From NCBI RefSeq assembly GCF_006345805.1, contig NC_043013.1, forward strand, positions 7,068,001 to 7,132,000: a stretch of DNA of 64,000 nucleotides. Direction: 5' to 3'. The notes under the pieces were generated by a model. It saw only the letters and a list, made by a program, of their open reading frames with translations. It ran no database searches and had not been told where the DNA came from. The position numbers were made by a program, and so were the translations under genes. Numbering within the stretch: the stretch's first letter is position 1; every line of letters starts with the position of its first letter. This DNA comes from Octopus sinensis. Its lineage: Eukaryota. Shown one piece after another: positions 39,040 to 52,337 of the stretch.

Positions 39040-40307
39040 CGGGAAGGGGTTAATCTGTTGGGTTGGTGTCTTTTTCATTTGCTGCTGTTGTTGTCGTGTC
39101 TACTGTACTTTCACCAGTTGATTTTTCCGCATCCAGTGTTGCTGTTGCGTGGGGTATCCCTTCCACTGAAGATGGTACTGCTGCCGCTGTGGCTGCTTCT
39201 GTTGCCTTCTCTGCTGCTGTCTTTCTTGTTGTTGGAGTCCCCGCTGCAGCTTGTGCAGTCGCTGCTGCTTTGGGTGGTGTAGCCTTCAATGCAGCATGCG
39301 TCTGCTGCTGTGTTACCACCTTTGCTGGAAGGGGCGTACCCTTTCTGGTTCTCGCGGGAAAAAGGCTTTGAGATGGTCCTTCTGGCAGCAGAGATTGTAC
39401 CTTGGTCTATGCCCCTCTACCTCTAGTACCCTTTCAAGCGCTTTCTGATCTGCCGGAATCAACTGCTCTAGTCTCTGCCCCCACCAATTCTGCTGGTGCG
39501 TTTTGTTTATTTGTAAAATTTCGATTTCCACTTCGATGTCGAATAGTGCGGCTGCTACTACCCAGACGATGTCAAATTTTGGGGCACCTCCCCAATTTTT
39601 AACTTTGGAACTCGCCGACCGAGGTAGGTCGGTAGGAGCGCCAATTCTTTTGTCTTTAGTGTCACTGTTGAGTGAAGCTTGGACTCGTCTTCCGAGGCGA
39701 ACCCTACCTCCACAGTGCCATATCTTCTCCCTCCTTACCACGTACATAATTTTGTTACAAATTGTTTGTAGACATTTTTCAATCTGTTCTTTTGCTGCCT
39801 GTTCAAGTTTCCTGTCTTTTAAAATTAGCATTTTGTAGATGACTGTTCTACACGTAGTGACTTGTATGATTTCACCAGATGGGATGGGGTCAATGTGACA
39901 TCTGTTCCTTTTCTTTTGATTAGACTTTTGAATTATTTTTAATTATCCAGGTTTATGTTAAGTGGTTCTTAGTAGACTTTAGCTACAGAAGCGAAACCGC
40001 GACTGTCGCATTTATTTCCCTTTATTTCGCTAGTATCAGTTGATTTGCTGGCTGTGGTGGTGTTGGAAATTTTCTGAGTGGTACTTTCAATTGCCGATAC
40101 TTTTTTTCTTTCCATTTGTTCGCATTGTGGAAGAGGAGGAAACATTTCTTCATGCTTTCCAGTTTGTGGGAGCGTTTCCAGTCCAAGAGTGGTGGCCATG
40201 TTTGGAAGAATAAACAAATGAGTGCCAAAACTCATATACACAATACAGGATAGAAACTCGCTCCAATAAGGGTGAATTTGTATCGTCAAGGAAAACTCGC
40301 CCGCCAA
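39040..40307 (-). mobile_element. Decayed gag-like ORF1 of a non-LTR retrotransposon (L1/Tx1-like)
   Basis: GTVEVGF...LLPTYLGRR.PKLKIGEVP segment and degenerate CCHC knuckle RPRYNLCCQKDHLKAFFP, then an Ala/Thr-rich stretch. Confidence 0.5.
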
Positions 40308-40560
40308 GCAGGTTCAGTTATAAAGACTTTAAATGTCAAGAATAGATTAAACACAGTTGGAGGAACAAGAAAAATCAAAACCTCACGAGTACAAAAAGCA
40401 CGTCCGTTCGGCAAGAAATTCAGTTCTTTATTTTCCACTGAGGGCTTTACACAGAGGGACAATACAGGACAGACATGGTGGGGTAATACATGTAGTCAAT
40501 AACAAGCTTAAATAAACCAAGTGATAGCGTGTAAACATTAATAACAGGTGTGAAGATAAA

Positions 40561-40796
40561 AAAGGCGGTGAGCTGGCAGAAACGTTAGCACGCCGGGCGA
40601 AATGCTTAGCGGTATTTCGTCTGCGTTACGTTGTGAGTTCAAATTCCGCCGAGGTCAGCTTTGCCTTTCATCCTTTCGGGGTCGATAAATTAAGTACCAG
40701 TTACGCACTGGGGTCGATGTAATCGACTTAATACCTGTGTCTGTCCTTGTTTGTCCCCTCTGTGTTTAGCCCCTTGTGGGTAATAAAGAAATAGGT
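40561..40796 (+). mobile_element. SINE family A, single unit ending at the linker
   Basis: Head and one body; flanked by GGTGTGAAGAT/GGTATGAAGAT (probable TSD). Confidence 0.9.
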
Positions 40797-41562
40797 ATGA
40801 AGATTGAATAAAACATCAGCAACAAGGAGGCACCCAAAAGAGGAAGTATGCTGGGTTAGACATGGAGACCCCACAAGCCACGAGCCAAGCTGGTCGTCAG
40901 GGTAAAACCTAGGAATTCAGGTTCAAGTTAGACATGCTACCTAACTTGGGCGAGAACTTGAGAGAAAAGAGGAGTTACTTACATTATGGGCTGTGGGGGT
41001 GGGGGTAAAGGATTTTCTCTCTCTCTTGAGTGGCTTGTGGGGTTCCCACGATTAGGTTTTTGTATAGGTGTTTGGTAATGGTTCTCTGTAGATTCCCTAT
41101 GGCATTGGGATTGGTTTCCTTTAGGTGGATGTATTGGTTAATGTTTATTATTACTATTTGTATGTGCTTGTGGGGACATGCAGTAGCACAAAATCAAAAT
41201 AAATTGAACACAGTTTTGCAACAGGCAAAAAAGACACGTCCGTTCGCGAACAATTCCCGAACCTCATACACACATATATATATATATATATATAGAATAT
41301 ATATATATATAATATAATTCGAGACAAAACCACTATTTTAAAACCAAACAAGGAAGACTTAATCATACATAAAATTTTAATATAAATTAAATTTAATTTA
41401 TATTAAAATTTTATGTATTGATTAAGTCTTTCCTTGTTTGGTTTTAAAATAGTGGTTTTGTCTCGAATTATATTATATTATATTTTACTATAAAATTGGA
41501 TTTAACCCTAAATCTGATTTTTCCCTGTAATTTTGGATTCATTCCCTAATATTTATTATTAT

Positions 41563-41594
<32 letters not shown>

Positions 41595-41639
41595 TAATAT
41601 ATATATATATATATATATTATATTAATATATATATATAT

Positions 41640-41805
41640 ATATACGACGGGCTCTTTCACTTTCTACCCACTAAATCCACTCACAAGGCTTTGGTCGGAT
41701 CGAAGCTATACTAGAAGACACTTGCCCATGGTACCATGCAGTGGGACTGAACCCGGAACCATGTGGTTGGAAAGCAAGTTTCTTACCACACAGCCATGCC
41801 TGCGC
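41640..41805 (-). mobile_element. SINE family B, 5' half
   Basis: Head motifs on the minus strand. Confidence 0.8.
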
Positions 41806-41891
<86 letters not shown>

Positions 41892-42784
41892 TGTGTGTGT
41901 GTATATAATTATGCATATAAATATACGTGTACACAGCATATACATACATACATAAACGCACTTGGTATATATATATTAGAAAATGTTACCATGGTTATAA
42001 CCGACGTACTTAAGAGAAAGACCAAGCCTTGAAGCTACGGACAAATCGGACACATTTTCTGCAGGACATGAAAGACAATGACTTCCAGCATGTTTGGAGT
42101 AGTTGCAGCTGCATCCGTTTTGTTTTGTTGATTGGTTGAGAGAAAATCTTGCTGTAGTATGGGCTAAATTAACCCGGACCTTCTTCGGTAGCATCAATGC
42201 TACTGCATGTAACCGCCCTTGTTGAAGTGGCACTGTCAAAGTGCTGTCTTCGAAATCTCTTTGCTATGATTTTCAAACCCTGTGATGGACCAGCGTCCCG
42301 TCCCGGTGTAAAATATATACAACATGAAAACCGGGAAACCAGCCCTAGGGGTCTACGTATATGACACGAGAAGGAACTTTACATTTTTTTTTATTTACTT
42401 ATATATAATCACATAGACACACCACACACACACAACGGGGTTTTTTTTCTGTCTACCAAACCGACCCACAAGGCTTTGTTTGGCCTGTAGCTATAGTGGA
42501 AGATACTTGCCCAAAATGTCGTAGAATGGAACTGAACACGAAAGTAATCGATCGGGAAACGGAATTTTAACCAAACACGCATGTCAGCAAAGAGATAACA
42601 CAATATCAGTAATAAAAAAATTGAGAAATTTGAAAAGAAAATACGAAACTGGTTATTTCTCCAAAAATCAATGTTACTATACACAAAATTTTCTAACATT
42701 TTTCTAACATAACGATTTAAACATATTCTTTAACCATATAACACAAGTCTTCTGTAGTTTTTCACTTTATTTTGTTTTTTATAC

Positions 42785-43850
42785 ATCCAACCACGTGCTT
42801 TCACGTACCAACTCTCTCACACCTATATATATATAAGGAGAGGAGTTGATAGAGGGTTGAAAGGAGTTCCTGGAAATTTCCGAGGAAATGGAGGAGGGAA
42901 GGAAGGACTTCCTGGAAACTTCCACGGAAAAGGGGTAGGGACTTCCTGGAAAGTTCCGAGGTACGGTGTAGGGACTCCGAGGAATGGGAGGAGTGGAGTT
43001 GGGTGGGTTGATGGACTTCCTGGAAATGTCCAAAGAAGTGGGTAGGGACTTCCTCCGAGGAGAGGAAGCGGAGAAAGGACTTCCTGGGAAAGTCCAAGGA
43101 GGGCTAGGGACTTTTAGCACACTTATCAAGGCCAAAATCCACCCGATCTCATTGCTGAACTCTTTAAAAGTTGTTAGCAGCTCTACTAGCTCTTCGTTAT
43201 TTCTAGAAACAGTTTCAGATCATCCATATAAAACAGACGCTTTATTGTCGAATTATAAACTTTGAACTCATACCTGGTGTTATTCAGTTCGTTTGAGAGT
43301 GGGAACAGTGGGAACAGAGTAATGGGGAGAGGGGGCCATTTAGAAAGATGCGGGATCAGTGTCATGGAAAATTGTAATGGGGAGAGGGAGTCACCTTGAA
43401 AGATGCTTTGTTTGATGTTGATGTTGTTAGATTGGCTCATCCCATTGCTATGGTTTAGAAGGAGACGTGTTCCACTTGGCCATGCAACCTTGTAAGAATA
43501 TGGAGACGACAGGAGAGATCTTACATGTCTCAAGGGCCTTGAGTAGCCAATTGTGTGAGGCACTATCAAACGCTTTCCTGTAGTCTATCCATGCCATACT
43601 CAAGTTCTTCTTTTTTGCTCCGGCAATTCTTTACAATTATTTTATTTACGAGTAATTGATCATTGCACCCATAAGAATTCCTTGTACAACCTTTTTGAGC
43701 TTGTGGAAGGATAGACTTCTGTTCAAAGAAAGCGTGTTCTTTCAGTTAGAATGGATGTGAGGATCTTGTAGGCGGTGTTGAGACATGTTATTGGTTGGTA
43801 GTTCTTTGGATTTTTTTGTGTCTTCACTTTTTGGTAGAAGGTGTATTGTT
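42785..43850 (-). mobile_element. R4/Dong-type RT fragment interrupted by a GGAA/TTCC low-complexity insert
   Basis: QKGC..SYGCNDQL, AWIDYRKAFDS, IFQGDSLSP and FYMDDLKLF. Confidence 0.85.
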
Positions 43851-43859
43851 CCTTCAGTC

Positions 43860-44698
43860 AGTCAGGCAGGTATGTACTCATCTGGGTTCTGGATTACTAC
43901 ACAGTACAATGGAGTCAGTTGGACACCGTCTATGAAAAAACAGCACCATTACACAATTCATTTTGCCAGAAATTTCGAAATGACAAGCTGTACTGCTCCT
44001 CCTTCGCGCCGGAAGCTCCAATATCAACATTTCAGAGTGTTTGAGTGTCAATATGAGGACAGTGCAATCTGAGGACATGTACTGAGAATGATAAAAATCA
44101 AACATCCACTCAACAACCTTCAGTGATCACTAGTGATGGCAACGTTATGACTCCATTCATCTTCCTACACGGCCTCAAACTCAACACGGAAGCCTACATC
44201 AAGTGCCTGGAAGAAGAAGTGCTGCCCTGGGTCAAAAGGGTGGCTGCTGGAAGACCCTATGTCTGGCAACAGGACTCTGCACAATGCCATACAAGCAGGA
44301 GAACCCAGTTATGGCTATCGAACGATTTCTTCGATCACATCACCTCTAACACCTGGTCACCTAACTCCCCAGACTGCAACCCTCTTGATTATTATGTGTG
44401 GGGCGCATTTGAGCGAGAGACCATCAAAACTCCTTATACCACCAAAGATGAACTGAAGGCAAGGATTTTGGCAGCATTTATCAACTTAAACAAGGAGATC
44501 GTCAGGAAGAGTTGCAGGAAATTCTGAAGTCATCTGGAGGTCGTGGCTGAAGCCAATGGCGATTTTATTGAATAAATTTACTCTTTAGTATTTCAAGATA
44601 TTTTTCTGAAATTTTGGTAAATATTACTGTTAAAATGAGATGTCAGTGTTATTTTCATTTTTGCGTAATTTAAACGACAATATATTCACTGCACCCTG
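43860..44698 (+). mobile_element. maT-type (DD37D) transposon, 5'-truncated
   Basis: WQQDSAQCH...SPDCNPLDYYVWG with 37 residues between the 2nd and 3rd Asp; TIR ...GCACCCTG-TA. Confidence 0.9.
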
Positions 44699-44808
44699 TA
44701 TATGTATATATGTATAAAGTTGAAATTTACAGAAAAGCAAAAGACGAAGACAGGTATTTAAACAACAAACAGGTGTAATAGTTGACGATCAGGAAGATGA
44801 GAGAGTCA

Positions 44809-44843
44809 TTTTCGTTTCGAGCCTACGCTCTTCAACAGAAAGG
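44809..44843 (-). ncRNA. Degenerate hammerhead, CUGUUGA variant
   Basis: CCUUU-CUGUUGA-A-GAGC-GUAG-GCUC-GAAACG-AAAA (U16.1 missing). Confidence 0.45.
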
Positions 44844-45035
44844 AACATGAAGAAATAAACAGAGAGAGAATGAAAAACTTAAATGTGTGTGTGTGTGCGC
44901 GCGCGCAATGGTTGGAGCAAGCTGAGGTATCAAACCACTTTCTTAAATAGAAGTTGCATCAAAAAGTGGTTAGAGTTACTTAGGTGGTCGGCAACTGATC
45001 CCGGCAGTGAGCTGGCAGAACGGTTACAGCACCAG

Positions 45036-45548
45036 ACAAAGTCGACCTCGGCGGAATTTGAATCCAGAACTGAATACGGACGAAATGCTGTACAGCATTT
45101 TGCCCGGCATGTTAACGATTCTTATTTCTTTGTTGCCCACAAGAGGCTAAACATAGAGGGGACAAACAAGGACAGACAGACGGATCAAGTCGATTATATC
45201 GACCCCAGTGCGTAACTGGTACTTATTTAATCGATCCCGAAAGGATAAAAGGCAAAGTCGACCTCGGCGGAATTTGAACTCAGAACGTAACGACAGACGA
45301 AATACCTATTTCTGTTTCTTTACTACCCACAAGGGGCTAAACATAGAGGGGACAAACAAGGACAGACAGACAGACGGATTAAGTCGATTATATTGACCCC
45401 AGTGCGTAACTGGTACTTATTTAATCGACCCTGAAAGGATAAAAGGCAAAGTCGACCTCGGCGGAATTTGAACTCAGAACGTCGGCGGCAGACGAAATGC
45501 CGCTAAGCATTTCGCCCGGCGTGCTAACGTTTCTGCCAGCTCGCCGTC
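45036..45548 (-). mobile_element. SINE family A, 2 full units plus a partial unit
   Basis: Family A motifs. Confidence 0.88.
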
Positions 45549-46044
45549 TTGCTGCAGAGAAATATCATCAAGGAACGAATAAAATGTACTGCAACATTTG
45601 CGCCTTACATTCAAAGGACCATTTCTCTTCAACGGCAACGCTCGATAACATGTTTCACAAATGTCAATGAAGAAACTGAACGAATTAGGCTCCGAAACGC
45701 TATCTTGTCCATCTTAATCCCCCGTATTCTCTTCGACCAAACGACACCCTTTTTTGGTTTTCCTTTTATTTTTCGTGATAATTTCCGGCCAAAGAGATTC
45801 TTCCACAACCAAGCAATAACTCAAAACGCATTCAAAGAATTCGTTCACTGATACTATACAATTCTAAGCTATCAGAATATGTATACGTCTTCTTTGTTGG
45901 CAAAAATATGTAGCTTCAAACTTATTCTAAGCTAGGACAATATACTATTTTGAATTTGATGATTAAAAAAAGACAAATAAAAAAGTTATTTTTGCGTCAA
46001 TCCGATATTTGTATATAATCATGTGTGTGTGTGTTTATGTTTGC

Positions 46045-46332
46045 TCCTTCTCAAGCCATGCCTGGCTCATAAGGCCGGTTTCCCGGTTTCTTTGGCGTAT
46101 AGGTTCCCCGCCTGGGCGGAACGCCAGTCCGCCGCAGGTGAGCTGCATGATGCAGGAGGAAAGAGTGAGAAAAAGTTGTGGCGAAAGAGTCAACAGAAGT
46201 TCGCCATTACCTCTTGCCGGAGCCGCGTGGAGCTTAGGTGTTTTCGCTCATAAACACACACATCGCCCGGTCTAAGATTCGAACCCGCGATCGCTCGACC
46301 GCTGCTCTAACCACTAGGCCATGTGCTGCCAC
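46045..46332 (-). mobile_element. SINE family E (C-like tail)
   Basis: Reverse-complement similar to 11338-11632. Confidence 0.8.
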
Positions 46333-46336
46333 GTGT

Positions 46337-46371
<35 letters not shown>

Positions 46372-46468
46372 TTACACATGCGCGCGCGCACATATCTGAA
46401 GGGAAGTGGACGCTCAGATATATATATATATGTGCGTATATATATATATATATATCTATATATATACA

Positions 46469-47012
46469 CATGGTTTTCGGACTAAATTCGACAGTTTGCA
46501 TAAAGAAAAAAAAACAACTTTCTCTCCCAAAATAAAAGTATATTACAAAAATCAAAATATATCAACTTGATTATGTCTGGGAGATAATTTATTCAAAGAA
46601 GCCGCCCTGCAGTTTCTACCACGGTCTCAAGACGACACCAGAACCTGGAGCATGCGATCTTCATTATGCCCTTGGGGATGGGAGTCTTCGAACGTCTTGA
46701 TCTTGCCCATCGGCTGGGACTGGGTATTGCAGGCAGAGCAATTGGTGTCTTTTTCAACTGCGCCCAATAGTTAGTAATCTATTGTAATGGAGGATTACAA
46801 TCGGAGGAAAAATTCTTTGGCAAACTCTAACTTTTTCCAGATGTATGGCAAGAAACCGAATCCTGCTGCCACACACATACGACCTTCCAACGGCAACCCT
46901 CTCCAGCCATGGTTAGACCACAGTTTCCAGCAGCTTCACATGGCCGATTGAATTGAGCCTAAGGCCCTGGTCAAAGATATTGGGCGGCGTGACGTCACCC
47001 GCCCTGGTGTGT
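46469..47012 (-). mobile_element. maT-like 3' fragment
   Basis: Colinear with 21755-21850 plus 22330-22810, including the TIR-like end and the GGFFE terminus. Confidence 0.75.
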
Positions 47013-47280
47013 TATGTATGTATGTATGTATGTATGTATGTATGTATGTATGTATGCATGTGTATATGTATGTGTGCGTGTGTGTATTTTATATGTATGT
47101 GTGTGTAGTGAAATTGGTTGTATTTTGAATAGGTTATAAATTGTGTGTGCAGTGTAGCCTATTGTTTTCGTTTGTTTGCTTTTCTTTTTACAATAGGTAA
47201 ACGAATGTATATCTGCGTGTGTATATTGTGTGTGTATGTGTGTGTGTGTGTGTGAAAGTGTGTGTGTGTGTGTGTGTGAA

Positions 47281-47312
<32 letters not shown>

Positions 47313-47934
47313 TGTGTGTGTGTGTGTGTGAAAGTGTGTGTGTGTGTGAGTGTGCATATCTGTGCCTGAGCTTGTGCACATCTGTGGGTGTATTCACGTG
47401 TGCGTGGATGTGTGTAGTTGTGTCCTTGTTTGTGTGCGTATTTTCGTGTGTGCATACGTGTGTGTGTTGTGTTTGTGTGTGTGTGTGTGTGTGGTGTGTG
47501 TGTGTGTGTGTGTGTGTTTGTGTGTGTGTGTGGATATGTATGGCCGTTTACTGGAATCGCTCATAATTACAGGTATTTGACTTTATGCGTTTCTGAATCA
47601 AATTAGAATCGAAACCTTGTCTAAACACCCGAGAGACTCATCGAAAAGACACATGTGTGAGCGATTACTTATGTGTAATTTGATTTCATTACAGTGTAGT
47701 TTTAGTTTCCACCAGATGAGAACGTGGCCGGAGTATGAGGAAGAATTTTTCTTCTGCCTCTCCATAGTATACTTATTATTACATCTTGTAGTACAGAACA
47801 TGTCATACTTCGTAATGTAATGTGACACATGATTTTGGGGAGCTTTAATCGAAATAACTTTGGCTAATAAATCCCCTCTTCTCTTCCTGACAGATAGTTC
47901 TGGGAAATCTCTTCACGGCTTTCCAAGCAGTATT

Positions 47935-48027
47935 TTAGGCGAAGGTAATGAAGAGATCTGACCTTTCGTAAGCTATGACGTCGGTCGCTTTGATCTTCAT
48001 TTCTTTCATGCGTGGATCATAGAATTC
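47935..48027 (-). CDS. Candidate terminal coding exon (unverified)
   Basis: Acceptor TTCTTTCAATTAGTTTTACAG| then EFYDPRMKEMKIKATDVIAYERSDLFITFA*; the other two frames stop at once; unique downstream sequence. Confidence 0.25.
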   Translation of the reverse strand, partial: EFYDPRMKEMKIKATDVIAYERSDLFITFA

Positions 48028-48864
48028 CTGTAAAACTAATTGAAAGAATTCACAACCCTATTTGCCAGCCCCATTGCCGCCAAGTGTTAATATAATCTAT
48101 ATGATTAATCTGAGACCATGTGTTCTATTATTTTATTTCTCCTTTTCATTTCTTTTTTTTTTTTTTTTTTGCGTGTGTCTATTTATAAATATATGGTAAT
48201 TTTTCTGTCTCTACTATAAGTATACAAGCGGAACAAAAACTGATACCGTTACAACAGTTTGAAGTAGCTATTGTGAATCCTTAAGTAGCCTGAATAAATA
48301 GGCATGCATAACACCATCATTTGTTCTATGAACTTTAGAAATTCCAAAATGCCATCCATCTTCTCGACGCTCACAGATAAGCTGATATAAAATAATGCTA
48401 TATTATATATGTGTGTCATAATTACACTTTTGGTGTTATTGTTCCGATATTTTAAAACAATGTCTCTTTTTCCATGCTTCTGGCCACTCGTGATGGCAGC
48501 AGATTCATTGCGGATTCATAAAAATTGAATAAAAAGGTTATCATTTGAAGTAACTTTTACTTGTTTCAGCCATTAGAGGGCGACCACGTTGGGATAAGGC
48601 CTTGAAAAGTTTAGTCAAACAAATCGACTCCAGTACTTATTTTTTAAAGTTTGGTACTTGTTTTATCGGACACTTTTGGTAATCTATCTGCGCCATCTAT
48701 CTTAGCCGCCTTTCTGTGTCGTCTGGCCGGTAAAAATGTGCGCCAGATAGTATTCATAGGGGGATCGGAAGCCAAATTCTAGCATGTGTGAGAAAACCCT
48801 GTCCACGCCATAGCTTCATGGTGACTGGTTGGTTAATACACCGATCACGTGAAATCATGGTGGC

Positions 48865-49308
48865 TTGCTAGTGAGGTTTGACCGCGTACTCAGGGATCAT
48901 CCTTTAGTTGTAGAACTGTTCCCGGATGGAAACGCAATCTTTCATGATGATAATGCACCAATTCACACAGCTAAAGTTGTTACTGAATGGCACGAGGAAC
49001 ATTCTAGTGAAGTTGAACATCTTATCTGGCCACCACAGTCCCCAGATCTCAATATCGTTGAACATTTATGGTGCATTTTAGAAAAGCAAGTAATGAGTCG
49101 ATATCCTCCACCATCATCACTACAAGAACTGGAAACTGTTTTAGCTGAAGAATGGACAAAAATTCGCTTGGAAACAATTCAAACTTTGTACGAGTTCATA
49201 CCTCGTAGAATTCAAGCTGTAATTACTGCCAAAGGTGGTCCTACATCATATTAAAATAAATTTGTTTGAAATTTTAAGGTGTTTCCATTATTTTGTCCAA
49301 CACCTGTA
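48865..49308 (+). mobile_element. Tc1-family transposon 3' fragment (DD36E spacing)
   Basis: HDDNAPIH...WPPQSPDLNIVEHLW...GGPTSY; 36 residues between D and E; TIR ...GTCCAACACCTG-TA. Confidence 0.88.
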
Positions 49309-49510
49309 TATATATATTTACTATTTTACACTTTACTAATGCAAAGCAAACAGTATCAATACTAATCTAATAATATAATCATTTTAAAGACTACTATATC
49401 GTACAATAAAATAAGAGTACATTAGAATTAATTAAAAATTATATAAACACATTTTAAAATATATATATTATCTCTTTCCCCACAGGTAAGATATAAATTA
49501 TATTTTTAAA

Positions 49511-49575
<65 letters not shown>

Positions 49576-49692
49576 TATAAATATATGAAAGAATGGATTT
49601 GAACGACGAATTAACGATTATCGCTATGGGCTCCGTGTGAGCAATCATCTAAAAGTTTTTTGTGCATTTTGATGTTGACATAAGTTTCTTGC

Positions 49693-49775
49693 TTTTCCTG
49701 ATGAGAAAGCGGCATAATGTACTCCTTATTCCTTCGCAATTAGGAATATGCAGCCTTCGAAACATATGTCGAAAA
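49693..49775 (+). ncRNA. Type I hammerhead with a canonical core
   Basis: UUUUC-CUGAUGA-G...C-GAA-ACAUAUGU-C-GAAAA; helix II 10/12 paired plus distal hairpin; GUC triplet, predicted cut after 49770. Confidence 0.8.
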
Positions 49776-49974
49776 TAAAGGAATTTTGTTAATTCGTCGT
49801 TCAACTCCATTCTTTCATATATTTATATTTTTAAAATAACATACAAATTCCACACGAAAGCACGTAATCTATGCCCTAGGCACGTAACTTCAACCATGTT
49901 TTTTCTGATGTGAAGTTGCTACCAGGTATCGGTTAATTCGAATTATCTTTAATAAGATAATTCATTCAACTACT

Positions 49975-50029
<55 letters not shown>

Positions 50030-50171
50030 GATTGGTGGAGGGGAGGTACGACGCCGAGCTCGGGGTGAACCTGGGCATCGACGAGGAATAACCTGACCCG
50101 CCTGTTCAGGACGAACTTTCGGGCAGGACCTATGGACAACATCCATAGATCCCTCGCCTGGCAGTGCTACC

Positions 50172-50238
<67 letters not shown>

Positions 50239-50241
50239 TAG

Positions 50242-50476
50242 AAGGCGGCGAACTGGCAGAATCGTTAGCACGCCGGGCGAAATGCTTTGGGGTATTTCAT
50301 CTGTCGTTACGTTCTGAGTTCAAATTCCGCCAAGGTCGACTTTGCCTTTCATCCTTTCGAGCTCGATTAAATATGCACCAGTTACGCACTGGGGTCGATA
50401 TAATCGACTTAATCCGTTTGTCTGTCCTTGTTTGTCCCCTCTGTGTTTAGCCCCTTGCGGGTAATAAAGAAATAAG
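50242..50476 (+). mobile_element. SINE family A, single unit
   Basis: Head and one body, ending GTAATAAAGAAATAAG. Confidence 0.9.
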
Positions 50477-50567
50477 ATATGTTTCTTTATTAGCCACACA
50501 GGGCTGAACACAGAAGGGACAAATTACAAAGTAGAGCTTATCTTTCAGGGGAGAAACAAGGGGTGGG

Positions 50568-50890
<323 letters not shown>

Positions 50891-51152
50891 AATGATTGAT
50901 TGGTTGACTGATAACACTAAAGGGTATCTTATAATCTCCAGGAAATGTTACCTAACCCACTTCTTTGTGATAAAATATTAAATGTTATATTACTGTTCAA
51001 AACGTTCCAGACGTCCAAAGTCAAACACTGGTCGCGGCCTACGCAATGTTGTTTTGGTGAGACAGAGATTGTTGCCAGGGGTGAAACAATCGTATATATA
51101 CGTTCTCACACTTGTGAACGTGTATACGAATGTGCAGGAATATCTATAACTG

Positions 51153-51157
<5 letters not shown>

Positions 51158-51192
<35 letters not shown>

Positions 51193-51925
51193 CAGTGTGT
51201 GTGTGTGAGTGCGTGTGTGTGTGTGTGAGCAGTGTGTGTGTGAGTGCGTGTGTGTGTGTGTGTGTGAGCAGTGTGTGTGTGAGTGCATGTGTGTGTGTGT
51301 GTGTACGTATATGTGTGAGCAGTGTGTGTGTGTGTCTGTATGTATATGTGTGAGCAGTGTGTGTGCGCGTGTGTGTGTGTGTGCGTGTGAGCAGTGTGTG
51401 TGTGAGTGTGTGTGTGTACGTGTGAGCAGTGTGTGTGTGTGTGTGTGTCTGTATGTATATGTGTGAGCAGTGTGTGAGTGAGTGTGTGTGTGTGTGTGTG
51501 TGTACGTATATGTGTGAGCAGCGTGCGTGTGTGTGCGTGTGTGTGTGTGTGTGTATATATTGTTGGTGCCTTATAATGGATAAAATCCTATGGTTACGCA
51601 GGTATGTATAGACGCAAATATACACACGCGCACACTTATATACATGCACGCACACACACACACACTGCACACACGAAGTACACACGTTCTAATAAACACA
51701 TATATACACACATATACACACACATACGCATACATACGCACACATGCTCTCACACACACACACACATACACGACGACTGGCCCAGCATACCACAGTCACG
51801 TGCAACATTATGCTGTTTCTCAAACAGGATCAGCATGACACAGTGTGTATGTGTGTGTGACAGAGGGAGAGAGAGGGAGAGAGAGAGAGAGAGAGAGACA
51901 GAGAGAGACAGACAGACAGACAGAA

Positions 51926-51981
<56 letters not shown>

Positions 51982-52000
51982 CGGCAGGCAGACAGACAGA
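51158..52000. repeat. (TG)n-rich tract with GAGCAGT punctuation, then (CA)n, (GA)n and (GACA)n
   Basis: Directly visible. Confidence 0.9.
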
Positions 52001-52337
52001 CAGAGACAGGCAGAAACAAGACTGTACCGTTTGAATTACCGTACAGTTCACCCGAAGGGCTTCTATGCAGTTTCCGTCGATTCGGTGGTGTAGACCATCA
52101 CGTTTGCACAAGACGCCGCGCAACAGGGCCGAACCCGGACCTTACGGTTTCAAACTAGGCCTCTGAACCATTCGGCCACACTGCATCAACACACACGCTA
52201 CGCACGCACACACACACACACACACACACACAACACCACAACAGAAGAACTTGTCTTTTAATAGATATGTATGTCCCACAAGATCAAAATGTCTCAAGAA
52301 AAGTATACGGAAAGCTTTCTCACTATAAAAATCTGCA

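Noticed and set aside
42779-43135. Ser/Pro-rich ORFs
   Set aside because: A low-complexity GGAA/TTCC insert within the RT fragment.
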